From NCBI GenBank assembly GCA_944329355.1, contig CALVID010000004.1, forward strand, positions 365 to 64,364: a stretch of DNA of 64,000 nucleotides, written 5' to 3'. How positions within the stretch are numbered: position 1 is the stretch's first letter; each line of letters opens with the position of its first letter. A model generated the notes under the pieces. That model saw nothing but the letters and a program-made list of their open reading frames with translations, had not been told where the DNA came from and searched no databases. The position numbers were made by a program, and so were the translations under genes. This DNA comes from an uncultured Bacilli bacterium (GTDB lineage: Bacteria; Bacillota_I; Bacilli_A; RF39; UBA660). Below, in pieces: positions 46,259 through 60,469 of the stretch.

Positions 46259-46286
46259 AGAAAAAAAGTAGCCATAACAGCTACTT
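46259..46286 (-). terminator. dnaJ terminator
   Basis: AAGTAGC, a loop, GCTACTT, then a T7 run on the minus strand. It overlaps the dnaJ stop. Confidence 0.6.
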
Positions 46287-47418
46287 ACAAATATTTTTTA
46301 ATCTTATCAAACTCTTTAGAATCATCTAAATCAGTTTTAGCTAAAGATTCAAATAATTTCTTTTGATCTCTTGATAATTTTTTAGGTGTAATAACATTTA
46401 AAATAATATACATATCACCTTTACGGCCATTATTCACATCAGATACACCCTTACCTTTAAGTCTTAGTTTATCTCCACTTGAAGAACCTGCTGGCACGCT
46501 AACCTTAACTGTACCATATAAAGTTGGAACTTCTATCTTGCCTCCAAGCACGGCATCCGTAATCGTAACTGGCATATCTAAATAAATGTCATTATCTTCT
46601 CTTTCAAATATTGGATGTTTTCTAACATAAAACTCTAAATAAATATCGCCATTAGGTCCACCATTAACTCCAGCTTCTCCCTTACCAGAAATTCTAAGTT
46701 GATTTCCAGTATCTACACCAGCTGGAATCGTAACCTCAATATCTTTATTTTTCTTAACCCTGCCTGTTCCACGGCAAGTTTTACACGTGTTTTCAAATAT
46801 AGTTCCACTTCCACCACATTTATCACAAGTTGTTCTTGTCATAAATGAACCAAATAAAGTCTGCTGCTGTCCAGTAACTGTACCAGAGCCATGACATTTA
46901 TCACAAGTCTTAGAGCCATGTCCACCTACACCACCACAGTCATTACATTTCTCATTCAAAGTTAAATTAATCGTTTTCTTACATCCAAATACCGCATCTT
47001 CAAAATCTAAATCAATTTGAATAACTCTATCTGGCCCTTTCTGTTTTCTACTTCCTCTAGAACTTCTTCCACCAAAAGAACCAAACCCTGAAGAAAAGCC
47101 ACCACCAAACATATCAAAAATATCATCTAAATTTATGTCACCAAAATCAAAACCTGAAAAGCCACCATAACTGCCGCCAGCACCTCCAGCGCCTCCACTA
47201 AAGGCTGCATGACCAAACTGATCATACTGTCTTCTTTTATTTTCATCAGATAAAACAGCATAAGCTTCCTGCGCTTCTTTAAACTTTTCAGCCGCATCTG
47301 GCTCCTTAGAAACATCTGGATGGTATTTCTTAGCTAACTTCCTAAAAGCACTTTTTATCTCAGCTTCACTCGCATCTTTAGAAACGCCTAATACTTCATA
47401 ATAATCTCTTTTATTCAT
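46285..47418 (-). CDS. dnaJ: Chaperone DnaJ
   Basis: J-domain 'DYYEVLGV...KKYHPD', a G/F region and four CxxCxGxG zinc-finger repeats. Confidence 0.96.
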   Translation of the reverse strand: MNKRDYYEVLGVSKDASEAEIKSAFRKLAKKYHPDVSKEPDAAEKFKEAQEAYAVLSDENKRRQYDQFGHAAFSGGAGGAGGSYGGFSGFDFGDINLDDIFDMFGGGFSSGFGSFGGRSSRGSRKQKGPDRVIQIDLDFEDAVFGCKKTINLTLNEKCNDCGGVGGHGSKTCDKCHGSGTVTGQQQTLFGSFMTRTTCDKCGGSGTIFENTCKTCRGTGRVKKNKDIEVTIPAGVDTGNQLRISGKGEAGVNGGPNGDIYLEFYVRKHPIFEREDNDIYLDMPVTITDAVLGGKIEVPTLYGTVKVSVPAGSSSGDKLRLKGKGVSDVNNGRKGDMYIILNVITPKKLSRDQKKLFESLAKTDLDDSKEFDKIKKYL

Positions 47419-47422
47419 CTAA

Positions 47423-49225
47423 TCACCTACTTCGGTAAATATTTTTAAACTCATCAATTAAACCTCTAAATGTATCAAGTGCCTGCTCTATAACCTTAGG
47501 ACTATTCATATCAACGCCAGCTACCTTAAGCTCATCTATTGGATCCTGACTACCACCTAAAGTTAAAAACTTCAAATAATTATTCAAAGCCTCTTTATCA
47601 CCTTTCATAATATTTTCTGCTATATAATTAGCTGCCGCTAACCCTGTCGCATATTGATACACATAAAAGTCATAATAGAAATGTGGAATCTTTTCCCATT
47701 CATATCTAATCTCTTTATCGCTAATCATATTATGACCAGAATATTTTTCATATAACTTATAATATTCATTAGATAAAAACTCACTAGTCAAAACAGTTCC
47801 TTCTGCTTCCTTCTTATGCGTTAAATATTCAAATTCAGCAAACATTGTCTGTCTTACAATCGAACCTTTAAATAACTCCATCAAACTGTCTAATATAGCT
47901 AACTTCTCACTTTTATCAGAAGTATGGTTAATCAAATATCTAGCCAAAATTAACTCATTAACCTGTGAAGCAACCTCAGCCACAAATATCTTATACTGAT
48001 GATATATATAAGGGTTATTTTTATTAGAATAATATGAATGCATTGAATGACCAAGCTCATGAACCAAAGTAGAAACATCATCATACTTACCATTAAAATT
48101 CAAAAGTAAATATGGATTAGTTGTATAACTTCCCCATGAATATGCCCCACCTTTTTTACCTTTACTTGGCATAACATCAATCCACTTTTCATCAAAAGCC
48201 TTATTTAAATCGGTAATATAATTATCACCTAAAATAGATAAAGCATCCAAAACAATTTTCTTGGCCTCTTCAAAAGTATAACTTTGACTAGACTCTGGAA
48301 CTAAACTACTATATATATCATAAATATGCACTTCATCAAGTCCCATAACCTCTTTTTTTAAAGCATAATAATCATCCATAATAGATAAATTATCGTGCAA
48401 GACCTTAATCAAATTGTCATAAACCTTACTATCTATATTACTTCCAAATAAAGCTGCATCTCTCGCATCCTTAAACCCACGCCTTAAAGCAAGCACATTA
48501 TCTGTATTAACTTTACCAGCATAACTAGAAGCAAAAGTATTTTGTAAATTTTCATACTCTTTATATAAAGTATAAAATGCACTCTTTCTAACCTCACGGT
48601 TATTATCCATAATATATTTAGAAAAATTAGTATTAGAAAGCTCCACATCATTACCTAAATCATCTTTAATAATTCCAAACTTCATATCAGAATTTCTTAA
48701 ATAACTAGCCGTATCTTCACTGTTATTCAAACTCTTACCTAAACTAGCTAGTAATTCTTCTTCCTTATCAGATAAAATATGGTCTTTCATTCTAAGAATA
48801 TTTTTAAATTCATAGTCATACATCTTAAGTTCAGAAGCCTCTTCCATAAATCTATCAAAATCTTCTTTTGAAAGCTTAAGCATCTCAGGAATGACAAATG
48901 AAGTCTTAGCTGATAAATCTGTAAGCACTTTTTCAATCTTTCCTTTAAGCTCTTGATACTTACTATTACTAGTATCCTCATCAAACTTTAAAGCTGCATA
49001 CATATATAAACTGTCAGCTTTTTTAGAAAACTCTTCATCAAACTTAAAATAATTTAATATATTATCTGCATTATTAAGCTTGCCCTTAAACTCTAAATAC
49101 TTATCACCACTTGCTTTAACATATTCAAAGTCTTTATTCCACTCTTCTAAAGAAGCATAAATCTGACTTAAATCCCACTTATACTTATCATCAATCTCAT
49201 CCCTAGTTTTATCTTTTATAGTCAT
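47423..49225 (-). CDS. pepF: Oligoendopeptidase F (M3B)
   Basis: 'HELGHSMH' zinc motif and typical M3B length. The start is set at 49225 (RBS AAAGGAA). Confidence 0.85.
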   Translation of the reverse strand: MTIKDKTRDEIDDKYKWDLSQIYASLEEWNKDFEYVKASGDKYLEFKGKLNNADNILNYFKFDEEFSKKADSLYMYAALKFDEDTSNSKYQELKGKIEKVLTDLSAKTSFVIPEMLKLSKEDFDRFMEEASELKMYDYEFKNILRMKDHILSDKEEELLASLGKSLNNSEDTASYLRNSDMKFGIIKDDLGNDVELSNTNFSKYIMDNNREVRKSAFYTLYKEYENLQNTFASSYAGKVNTDNVLALRRGFKDARDAALFGSNIDSKVYDNLIKVLHDNLSIMDDYYALKKEVMGLDEVHIYDIYSSLVPESSQSYTFEEAKKIVLDALSILGDNYITDLNKAFDEKWIDVMPSKGKKGGAYSWGSYTTNPYLLLNFNGKYDDVSTLVHELGHSMHSYYSNKNNPYIYHQYKIFVAEVASQVNELILARYLINHTSDKSEKLAILDSLMELFKGSIVRQTMFAEFEYLTHKKEAEGTVLTSEFLSNEYYKLYEKYSGHNMISDKEIRYEWEKIPHFYYDFYVYQYATGLAAANYIAENIMKGDKEALNNYLKFLTLGGSQDPIDELKVAGVDMNSPKVIEQALDTFRGLIDEFKNIYRSR

Positions 49226-49269
49226 AACATTTCCTTTCATAAAGAGAAAGTTCTAGTCTCCTAGAACTT

Positions 49270-51102
<1,833 letters not shown>

Positions 51103-51114
51103 TCATTCCTTTCT

Positions 51115-51726
51115 TTACTCACTAACTTTGACCATAGCTGGTCTAATAACTTTATCTTTAAGCATATAACCCTTCTGCATAACTTCAACCACCATACCAC
51201 TTTCTACACCTTCTACTTTTTCAGTAAGTACAGCTTGATGCAGTTTAGGGTCAAATAGCTTACCCTTGTCATCAATAGTTTTTACATCATATTTTTCTAA
51301 AACCTCTACCAAATGACAATAAATCATTTTAAAACCTGCCAAGAATTTTGAAAGCTCATCATCCAAATTATCATCATCTAAATTAATTGCTCTTTCAAAA
51401 TTATCAATCGAAGGTAAAATATCTTTCACAATATCTTCATTCGCAAACTCTAACATCTTACTAACTTCTTCATCTTTTCTTTTTCTATAGTTAATATTGT
51501 CAGCCTTTGCTTTTAATACTTCTTCTTCTAACTCTTTTATTTTTCTATTAGCTTCTTCTAACTTCTTATCATCATGACGTTCACATTTTTCATGTTTATC
51601 ATGACATTTGCACTCTTTATCATGACAATCACATTTTTTATCATGCTTATCATGATGTTTACCATGTTTGTCATAATGCTTTTCATGCTTATCTTCATGC
51701 TTTTCATATTTCTTTTCTTTATCCAC
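51115..51726 (-). CDS. grpE: Nucleotide exchange factor GrpE with a His/Cys/Lys/Asp-rich N-terminal extension
   Basis: C-terminal 'FDPKLHQAV...VMQKGYMLKDKVIRPAMVKV' and an N-terminal 'HEDKHEKHYDKHGKHHDKHDKKCDCHDKECKCHDKHEKCERHDDKK'. Confidence 0.9.
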   Translation of the reverse strand: MDKEKKYEKHEDKHEKHYDKHGKHHDKHDKKCDCHDKECKCHDKHEKCERHDDKKLEEANRKIKELEEEVLKAKADNINYRKRKDEEVSKMLEFANEDIVKDILPSIDNFERAINLDDDNLDDELSKFLAGFKMIYCHLVEVLEKYDVKTIDDKGKLFDPKLHQAVLTEKVEGVESGMVVEVMQKGYMLKDKVIRPAMVKVSE

Positions 51727-51733
51727 TTATTAA

Positions 51734-52723
51734 TCACCTACCTATATTTTCCTTAATGTAATTAAGTAATGCTTCAGCTCTACCATATTCCATTCTTTTT
51801 GGACCAATCAAAGCAATCGTTCCTTCCGTACCATCTTTGTAAAAGCTAGTCTTAATAATTGATACATCATCATCAATCGTATTTTCACTACCAATATAAA
51901 CCTTAATTTCATCATCATCAGCTTTAATACTCTTAATAAGTTCCTTATCTTCAAACTTATTAAGTAAACTTCTTATCTTACTGGCATCATCAAATTCAGG
52001 CTCCATAAGTAAATTATTCGTTCCACTCATCCTAATATGTGGTTTACTAGCAAAATCGCTAAATGCATTATAAAATGCATTATATAAAGCATCATGCTCT
52101 TTCACATATCTTGTAATAATTGGTTTAACCTCAAATTCCAAAACCTGACTAACCTCACTTAAAGGAACTCCCACAATTAACTTACTAATTATATCAGTAG
52201 TCTGTTTAACCTCAGCTTTACTGACATTACCCTCAATAACTACATTACGGTTTTCCACATGTCCTTTATCAGTGATAACAATAGCAATCATTTTATTATC
52301 ATCAATCGGCACTACCTCAACTTTGGCAATTTTATTGTCACTAGAAGAATGACCTAAAACTACCGCTGTGTAATGCGTAAGCTCTGAAACAATTTCCATA
52401 CTTTTCGTAATCGCATCAGAAAGTACTAATGCATTATTTGAAAATATCTGTTTCAGCTTTAACATATCTTCACCATTTAACTCCTTCGGCACCATAATAT
52501 TATCTACATAATATCTGTAACCTTTATCACTAGGAATTCTACCAGATGAAATATGCGTTTTTTGTAGAAGTAAGAGATTCTCCAAAGCTGCCATTTCATT
52601 TCTGATAGTCGCACTTGAACACTTCATCTTTTTACATAAAGCCTTCGAACTAACTGGGGTTGCTGTCTTAATATAATTCTCAACAATTAATTTTAAAAGT
52701 TCTTCCTGCCTTTTTGTTAGCAT
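51734..52723 (-). CDS. hrcA: Heat-inducible transcription repressor HrcA
   Basis: 'LTKRQEELLKLIVENYIKTATPVSSKAL...SSATIRNEMAALE'. It is the first gene of the dnaK operon. Confidence 0.92.
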   Translation of the reverse strand: MLTKRQEELLKLIVENYIKTATPVSSKALCKKMKCSSATIRNEMAALENLLLLQKTHISSGRIPSDKGYRYYVDNIMVPKELNGEDMLKLKQIFSNNALVLSDAITKSMEIVSELTHYTAVVLGHSSSDNKIAKVEVVPIDDNKMIAIVITDKGHVENRNVVIEGNVSKAEVKQTTDIISKLIVGVPLSEVSQVLEFEVKPIITRYVKEHDALYNAFYNAFSDFASKPHIRMSGTNNLLMEPEFDDASKIRSLLNKFEDKELIKSIKADDDEIKVYIGSENTIDDDVSIIKTSFYKDGTEGTIALIGPKRMEYGRAEALLNYIKENIGR

Positions 52724-52736
52724 CTCATCACCTCTT

Positions 52737-52763
52737 TTAGCACTCTTTTTATTGGATTGCTAC
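52737..52763. promoter_or_regulatory. CIRCE-like operator (imperfect right arm)
   Basis: TTAGCACTC-N9-GATTGCTAC against the consensus TTAGCACTC-N9-GAGTGCTAA. It lies 14 nt upstream of the hrcA start. Confidence 0.55.
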
Positions 52764-52782
52764 TTCATTATAACATTATATG

Positions 52783-52809
52783 ATAGCACTGTCAATATAT
52801 GAGTGCTAA
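52783..52809. promoter_or_regulatory. CIRCE operator (imperfect left arm)
   Basis: ATAGCACTG-N9-GAGTGCTAA. Confidence 0.7.
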
Positions 52810-53063
52810 AAAATAAAAATTTTCCAACTTTAAAGCAACTGCTTACACAGTTGCACTTATTACATTTTATATTTCTCACCATTACATACTTTATTCCTAT
52901 ACATTCTCTTTCCAATCCTCAGAGATTTATATCATAAACAATATCTTATCATTTAAATATTTTTTCTGTTATTCACTAATTTATTCTATTTATATGTATT
53001 ACAGTATTGTAAATGGATTTTCGCAAACTTTTTGCTTTTTTTACACAGTAAATTACAAACTAT

Positions 53064-53100
53064 TATAAAAAAACAAGTAATATTTTTAATAAATCACTTG
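53064..53100 (-). terminator. Terminator of the 53125-53826 gene
   Basis: CAAGTGAT, a loop, ATTACTTG, then a T7 run on the minus strand. Confidence 0.5.
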
Positions 53101-53124
53101 CTTCAAAAATTTATTGACATAGTT

Positions 53125-53826
53125 TTATTTTCTTAAAATTAGCTCATCATGTCTAACTAAATAATCTTTTAATCTCATAGGTGGATAATTATGTGAAGCC
53201 GTTTGCAAATCATCCACAAAAGTATTACCCTTAATTTTAGATAAAATATCAGGATCTAACAAACCGTAATAATCCTCTTTTTTCATCTTCAAGTTTTTAG
53301 AAAAATCATAAACATCATCACCATCTTCAACAAAAGAATGTAGATATTTATAACCATCAAGTGGACTATTCACAAAAGCTGTTACTATATAATCATAATC
53401 TATACCTAAAATGGATGAAATTTCATGACATTTAAAAGAATACTTACCTTGATATACCTTGCATAGAACATCAATAGTTTTTTTATCTCTTCTATCCATA
53501 CAAGCCTCTTTTATACTGTTCACACAAAGTCTAAAAGAAACATTTCCTAAAGATGTAAAAATTTTTTTATTACCAGCCAAAGAACTATAATCCAATATAT
53601 AAGGATGTTTTTCCAAATAATCATAAGCTCTTCTAAGATTAAATAAATTTACCGTATACCTACTCAAAATAAAATATAAATAACCTTTTCTATCAATTTT
53701 ATAATATGAATTTTGTAAATTACTATCTAAATTATAAAATGGATCAATACCAGATTTATCTATAACGCTCACATCTTTTAAAGCCTTATCAAATTCATCA
53801 TAATCATAGTAATCAGTATAAATCAT
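53125..53826 (-). CDS. Hypothetical protein
   Basis: 233-aa intact ORF with its own terminator. No recognised motif. Confidence 0.5.
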   Translation of the reverse strand: MIYTDYYDYDEFDKALKDVSVIDKSGIDPFYNLDSNLQNSYYKIDRKGYLYFILSRYTVNLFNLRRAYDYLEKHPYILDYSSLAGNKKIFTSLGNVSFRLCVNSIKEACMDRRDKKTIDVLCKVYQGKYSFKCHEISSILGIDYDYIVTAFVNSPLDGYKYLHSFVEDGDDVYDFSKNLKMKKEDYYGLLDPDILSKIKGNTFVDDLQTASHNYPPMRLKDYLVRHDELILRK

Positions 53827-53883
53827 TAAAATCAGCTCCGTTAAAGATTATACACCAGTAAAAAATAATGTCAAATTACCCTT

Positions 53884-55866
<1,983 letters not shown>

Positions 55867-55950
55867 CTAATAATTATTATAAAGAAATATAAACTAAACT
55901 TCAATATTTTTCAAAATTAAATTTTTATAGATCTTAAAAATACAACATTA

Positions 55951-55979
55951 AAATAGTACGTATAATTTGCGTACTATTT
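55951..55979 (-). terminator. Terminator of the nucleotidyltransferase gene
   Basis: 9-bp stem AATAGTACG/CGTACTATT overlapping the stop codon. Confidence 0.45.
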
Positions 55980-56864
55980 TTTTACTAATCTTTTAGGATA
56001 AACACCTTTACTAATATAATTAGAAACAGTTTCCACAACTCTTTCCTTATCCTCTTTATATGTAACTCCAAACCATTTAGAATCAGTATTCCTAACCTTT
56101 AAAGAAATATTTCCTTTAGAAATCTCATCATTAATCACATTTGGAATTAAATACTCATCATTTAAATCTTCTAAATGCTCATCTAAAAATAAAGAAAAAT
56201 CATCAATGATAACCTTTAAAACATCTAAAGTAAATACAAAAGCATTCATAGAAACCAAAGTATCTAAAGGAATATAGAAACTTTCTCGACCATCAAGAGG
56301 AGTTGCTTTTATTTTATTTTCACAAACTTCCATTTTACTTTCCAAAATACCTTCCAATTTTTCATTAGATGAAGAAATAATACCTCTTTTTACACTGCCA
56401 TTCAAAGACAAAGTATTGCCTGCCTTATATCCAAGCACCATAGCTTCATCAGAAATTACAGCTTTAAATAATTCGTCATACGCCTCAAAACCATAAAAAT
56501 CATCCGCATTGATGATTGCGAAAGGACCATTTAAAACATGCCGTGCACTATATATAGCCGCACCAGTTCCCCATGGTTTTACCCTCTTGCTATGACAAAC
56601 ATATCCTAAAGGTAAATCATCTATTTCCTGAAATACATACTCTATTGAAACTTTACCTTCTAATCTTTTACCAATAGTTGCCTTAAACTCTTTATAAAAA
56701 TCTTTTCTGATTACAAACACAATCTTATTAAAACCGGCTTTAATAGCATCATAAACCGAATAATCTATGATAAATTCTCCATTAGGTCCTACTGGTTCAA
56801 TTTGTTTTAAAGAACCAAACCTACTTCCCATACCTGCTGCCATTATCACCAAAGTATAGTCCAA
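55974..56864 (-). CDS. Sugar-phosphate nucleotidyltransferase family protein
   Basis: 'VIMAAGMGSRFG..KQ' is an N-terminal NTP-transferase loop. TTG start with RBS AGGAGG. Confidence 0.6.
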   Translation of the reverse strand: MDYTLVIMAAGMGSRFGSLKQIEPVGPNGEFIIDYSVYDAIKAGFNKIVFVIRKDFYKEFKATIGKRLEGKVSIEYVFQEIDDLPLGYVCHSKRVKPWGTGAAIYSARHVLNGPFAIINADDFYGFEAYDELFKAVISDEAMVLGYKAGNTLSLNGSVKRGIISSSNEKLEGILESKMEVCENKIKATPLDGRESFYIPLDTLVSMNAFVFTLDVLKVIIDDFSLFLDEHLEDLNDEYLIPNVINDEISKGNISLKVRNTDSKWFGVTYKEDKERVVETVSNYISKGVYPKRLVKK

Positions 56865-56875
56865 ATTAAAACCTC

Positions 56876-57037
56876 CTATTGATTATTTTTATTTAAAGCA
56901 TTATATGTAAGTGCAAAAACTGCAATACCAATTAAAACAAAGGCAAGCCACATAAATGGATTATTGTGGTTTTCCTCAAGCCAAGCTTTAGCTGGCTCAA
57001 TAAACTTATTAATTGAATCGATAATTGATAAAATCAT
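56876..57037 (-). CDS. 53-aa single-TM protein (below the ORF-track cutoff)
   Basis: Own translation: 'MILSIIDSINKFIEPAKAWLEENHNNPFMWLAFVLIGIAVFALTYNALNKNNQ'. RBS AGGTGAT. It exactly fills the pcrA-to-nucleotidyltransferase gap. Confidence 0.4.
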   Translation of the reverse strand: MILSIIDSINKFIEPAKAWLEENHNNPFMWLAFVLIGIAVFALTYNALNKNNQ

Positions 57038-57047
57038 TATAAATCAC

Positions 57048-59123
57048 CTATACCTTTCTAATACTCTTATGACCTTTCATTATCTTTTTAATTCCATAAG
57101 GATGACTAAATGCAATAGATAAAACAGAACCTATTGCCACAATCACACCTTCACCATAAATATCATGAATAACGTGATCACCAACACAATATTCTATATT
57201 ATTATCTATCATTTCTTCCTTCTTAAACTTAATATCATCTTTAATATCTTTATCTAAATATTCATCACTAATCTCTGAAATAAACCTGCTAGGTGGATTT
57301 GAATTAGTATTACCATAAAGCATACGTCTTCTAGCATTCACTAAAGTAAGCGTTTTCCTAGCCCTAGTAACAGCCACATAACAAAGTCTTCTTTCCTCCT
57401 CAATTTCTTCTGGGCTATCTAAACAATTTGAATGAGGAAATAGTCCTTCTTCTAAACCAATAATAAACACATGATCAAACTCTAATCCTTTAGCCGAATG
57501 AATGGTCATCAAAGTTACCACATCAGTATTATTTTTGTGTTCCTCCATATCGGAAACTAAACTTATCTCAAGCAAAAACTCTTCTAAAGAAATAACTCCA
57601 TTATTTTCTTCAAAGTTTTTTGTTATAGACTTAAATTCTTCTAAATTTTCAAGTCTAATCTCCGCATCTATTGTTTTAGTACTTTCCAGTTCTTTTCTTA
57701 TTCCAGACTCTGTTAATATTAACTCAACTAACTCCGTGAGTGAAATATTTTCACTTTCCTTTTTTAATCTTTCGATTAATTTCTTAAATTCTAATTCTTT
57801 GCCACCATCAATAGTTTCATATAAAGATACTCCTTTATCAAGTGCCTTAGTCGCCAAATTTTCTATAGTTTTAGGTCCAATCTGTCTTTTAGGAACATTA
57901 ATAACCCTCATCAAACTAACATCATCATTAGAATTATAAATAAGTTTTAAATAACTAATCAAATCTTTAATTTCTTTTCTGTTATAAAAATAAAAACTAC
58001 CCACTACTTTATAAGGAATATTTTCTCTAAGCAAAGCCTCTTCCATATTTCTAGACTGTGCATTAGTTCTATATAAAACAGCTATATTGGCCTTAGATTC
58101 TCCATTAATAATTAACTTTTTAATTTCTTCCATCACATAATTAGCTTCATCTTTTTCATCATAAGTTCTATGATATTTTATCTTAGGCCCATCATCATTT
58201 TTCGTCCATAATTTTTTTTCTTTTCTTTGCTTATTATGTTTAATAATATCATTAGCAACATTTAAAATATTACCTGTAGATCGATAATTTTCCTCTAAAA
58301 GAACAACCTTAGCATCCGGATAATCCTTTTCAAAATTAAGTATATTTCTAAAATTAGCTCCCCTAAAACCATATATAGATTGATCCAAATCACCAACCAC
58401 ACAAACATTTTTATATTTCGCACTAAGCATTTTTATCAAAATATACTGAGCTTCATTAGTATCTTGATACTCGTCAACTAATATATATTTAAATCTTTCT
58501 TGATACTTTTCTAAAACCTCAGGATACTTTTTAAAAAGTTTAATAGGAAGTAATAACAAATCATCAAAATCCATTGAATTATTTTTTAAAACCTTTTTCT
58601 CATATTTTCTAAAAACTTCCAATACAATCTCTTCATATTCTGAATTAGCAAATCTACTATAATAATTACTATCCATAAGTTCATTCTTCGCACTACTTAT
58701 CTTATTTCTAATACCTCTTGGATTATAAACCTTAGGATCCAAATTCATATCTTTCAATATTTTCTTAATAATCGTCAAACTATCATCACTATCTAAAATA
58801 GTAAAATTTTTATCAAAACCTAATTTATCATAATTTTCTCTAATTAAAAGTAACCCTAAAGAATGAAAAGTTGATATCTGCATTTGATAAGCATCATTCC
58901 CAAGCATCTTAAAAGCTCTTTCTTTCATCTCTTTAGCAGCCTTATTAGTAAAAGTAATAGCTAAAATATTGTAAGGATTAACACCTTTTTCATTAACCAA
59001 ATAAGCTAATTTAGTAGTAAGAACTCTCGTCTTACCACTTCCAGCACCCGCTAAAACCAATATTGGACCATCTGTCCACTCAACTGCCTCTTTTTGTCTA
59101 TCGTTCAATGTACTTAAGTCCAT
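57048..59123 (-). CDS. pcrA: ATP-dependent DNA helicase PcrA (UvrD family)
   Basis: 'LVLAGAGSGKTRVLT', 'ILVDEYQDTN', 'VTLMTIHSAKGLEF' and 'RRLCYVAVTRA'. The pcrA-ligA synteny is as in Bacilli. Confidence 0.93.
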   Translation of the reverse strand: MDLSTLNDRQKEAVEWTDGPILVLAGAGSGKTRVLTTKLAYLVNEKGVNPYNILAITFTNKAAKEMKERAFKMLGNDAYQMQISTFHSLGLLLIRENYDKLGFDKNFTILDSDDSLTIIKKILKDMNLDPKVYNPRGIRNKISSAKNELMDSNYYSRFANSEYEEIVLEVFRKYEKKVLKNNSMDFDDLLLLPIKLFKKYPEVLEKYQERFKYILVDEYQDTNEAQYILIKMLSAKYKNVCVVGDLDQSIYGFRGANFRNILNFEKDYPDAKVVLLEENYRSTGNILNVANDIIKHNKQRKEKKLWTKNDDGPKIKYHRTYDEKDEANYVMEEIKKLIINGESKANIAVLYRTNAQSRNMEEALLRENIPYKVVGSFYFYNRKEIKDLISYLKLIYNSNDDVSLMRVINVPKRQIGPKTIENLATKALDKGVSLYETIDGGKELEFKKLIERLKKESENISLTELVELILTESGIRKELESTKTIDAEIRLENLEEFKSITKNFEENNGVISLEEFLLEISLVSDMEEHKNNTDVVTLMTIHSAKGLEFDHVFIIGLEEGLFPHSNCLDSPEEIEEERRLCYVAVTRARKTLTLVNARRRMLYGNTNSNPPSRFISEISDEYLDKDIKDDIKFKKEEMIDNNIEYCVGDHVIHDIYGEGVIVAIGSVLSIAFSHPYGIKKIMKGHKSIRKV

Positions 59124-59240
59124 TTACTATCACCACTACCATTATATCAAAAATTCTTTAAAAAGTTTATTAAAATAACAGGAAAGCCTCTATTTGACAC
59201 CGTATATTAATATATGAAAGGAGGTGATTACTAGAGATTA

Positions 59241-59966
59241 ATGATCACTCACGTATTAGAAAGTATGAACGAAGTCATCACAAACAATTATGATAATAAT
59301 CATAAAGCCATTGACATTGTACCTAGTGATAATAGTGAACCAAATATAATAGCTTTACAAAATGGTACTGTAGAAACCGTCGTAAACAATATAAAAGAAA
59401 CAAACCACAAAAGTAAAGGTCTAGATACTTATGGTAATTACATAAAAATTAAACAAGATGATGGAAAAACTGCCTTATATGCCCATATGAAATATGGGAG
59501 TGTAAATGTCAAGAAAGGAGATTATATTGAAAAAGGAACCACCATTGGTACAATTGGCGAAACAGGCAATGCTTACGGAAAACATTTGCACTTAGAAATC
59601 CATAATCAAAACAACATAAAAGAAAACCCACTTATTTCTTTAAATAAATATACTCCCAATAATAAACTAGTTAATGAACAAAAAAACACAAACAATAATA
59701 AAAAACATACAAATTCTACTGCAAACAATCACTCTGACCCACAAAATATACAAAACAATTCTACTAAAAACCCAGAATTTTTAAATGCCAAAAATTACAA
59801 ACACGGTTCTATTGTTGATGCTTTAAAAACAATTAATATAGATAGTTCTTATAATTACCGAAAAAAATTAGCCGAAGCTAACGGAATACTAAACTATCAT
59901 GGTTCATACTCTCAAAACATTAAATTGTTAAATCTTTTAAAACAAGGAAACTTAAAAAAAGTCTAG
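59241..59966 (+). CDS. M23-family metallopeptidase with a C-terminal ~50-aa module; no signal peptide visible
   Basis: 'HKAIDIV', 'GNYIKIKQDDGKTALYAHM' and 'GETGNAYGKHLHLEIH'. RBS AAAGGAGGTGA. Confidence 0.75.
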   Translation: MITHVLESMNEVITNNYDNNHKAIDIVPSDNSEPNIIALQNGTVETVVNNIKETNHKSKGLDTYGNYIKIKQDDGKTALYAHMKYGSVNVKKGDYIEKGTTIGTIGETGNAYGKHLHLEIHNQNNIKENPLISLNKYTPNNKLVNEQKNTNNNKKHTNSTANNHSDPQNIQNNSTKNPEFLNAKNYKHGSIVDALKTINIDSSYNYRKKLAEANGILNYHGSYSQNIKLLNLLKQGNLKKV

Positions 59967-60469
59967 AATTTAGGCTTTTTTTCATTAATAGTTTGTAAAA
60001 ATTCTTTCCATGTTTCTTTAAAACCTTGACCATTTTTATAATCAAATTCCTCAAAGTCCACAAAACCATCATCAAAATCCATATTATAAACAATATCTAC
60101 TTTAGCTTTTGAAATCGTCTTCACTAATTCATTTATCTGCGCCATCTGCTTTTCACTAACTTCATCCGGCATAAACAACATTCCATATTTACCAACTCGT
60201 CTACCAGAAATATTAATATAGACAACATTATTTAACCAGGTTAAGAAAAATATTGGAACATTAGGCTCACAATTACTTGGAATCCTTTTAAATATTTGAA
60301 CATCTGGATATTTATCTAAAGCATATTCCAACAAACAGTCAACATGATAATCACATTCGCCAATTGGTCCTACAAAATTAAGCTGACCATCCACATCATT
60401 ACTTTTATCATTAGTCCCACTAATAATCAAAGCCTTATAATTATCTATATTTTTTTCCATTTTTATCAT
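59963..60469 (-). CDS. Paralog 5 of an unrecognised ~150-aa cytoplasmic family
   Basis: Motifs 'YHVDCLLEY' and 'GMLFMPDEVSEKQ'. An alternative start exists at 60460. Confidence 0.6.
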   Translation of the reverse strand: MIKMEKNIDNYKALIISGTNDKSNDVDGQLNFVGPIGECDYHVDCLLEYALDKYPDVQIFKRIPSNCEPNVPIFFLTWLNNVVYINISGRRVGKYGMLFMPDEVSEKQMAQINELVKTISKAKVDIVYNMDFDDGFVDFEEFDYKNGQGFKETWKEFLQTINEKKPKF

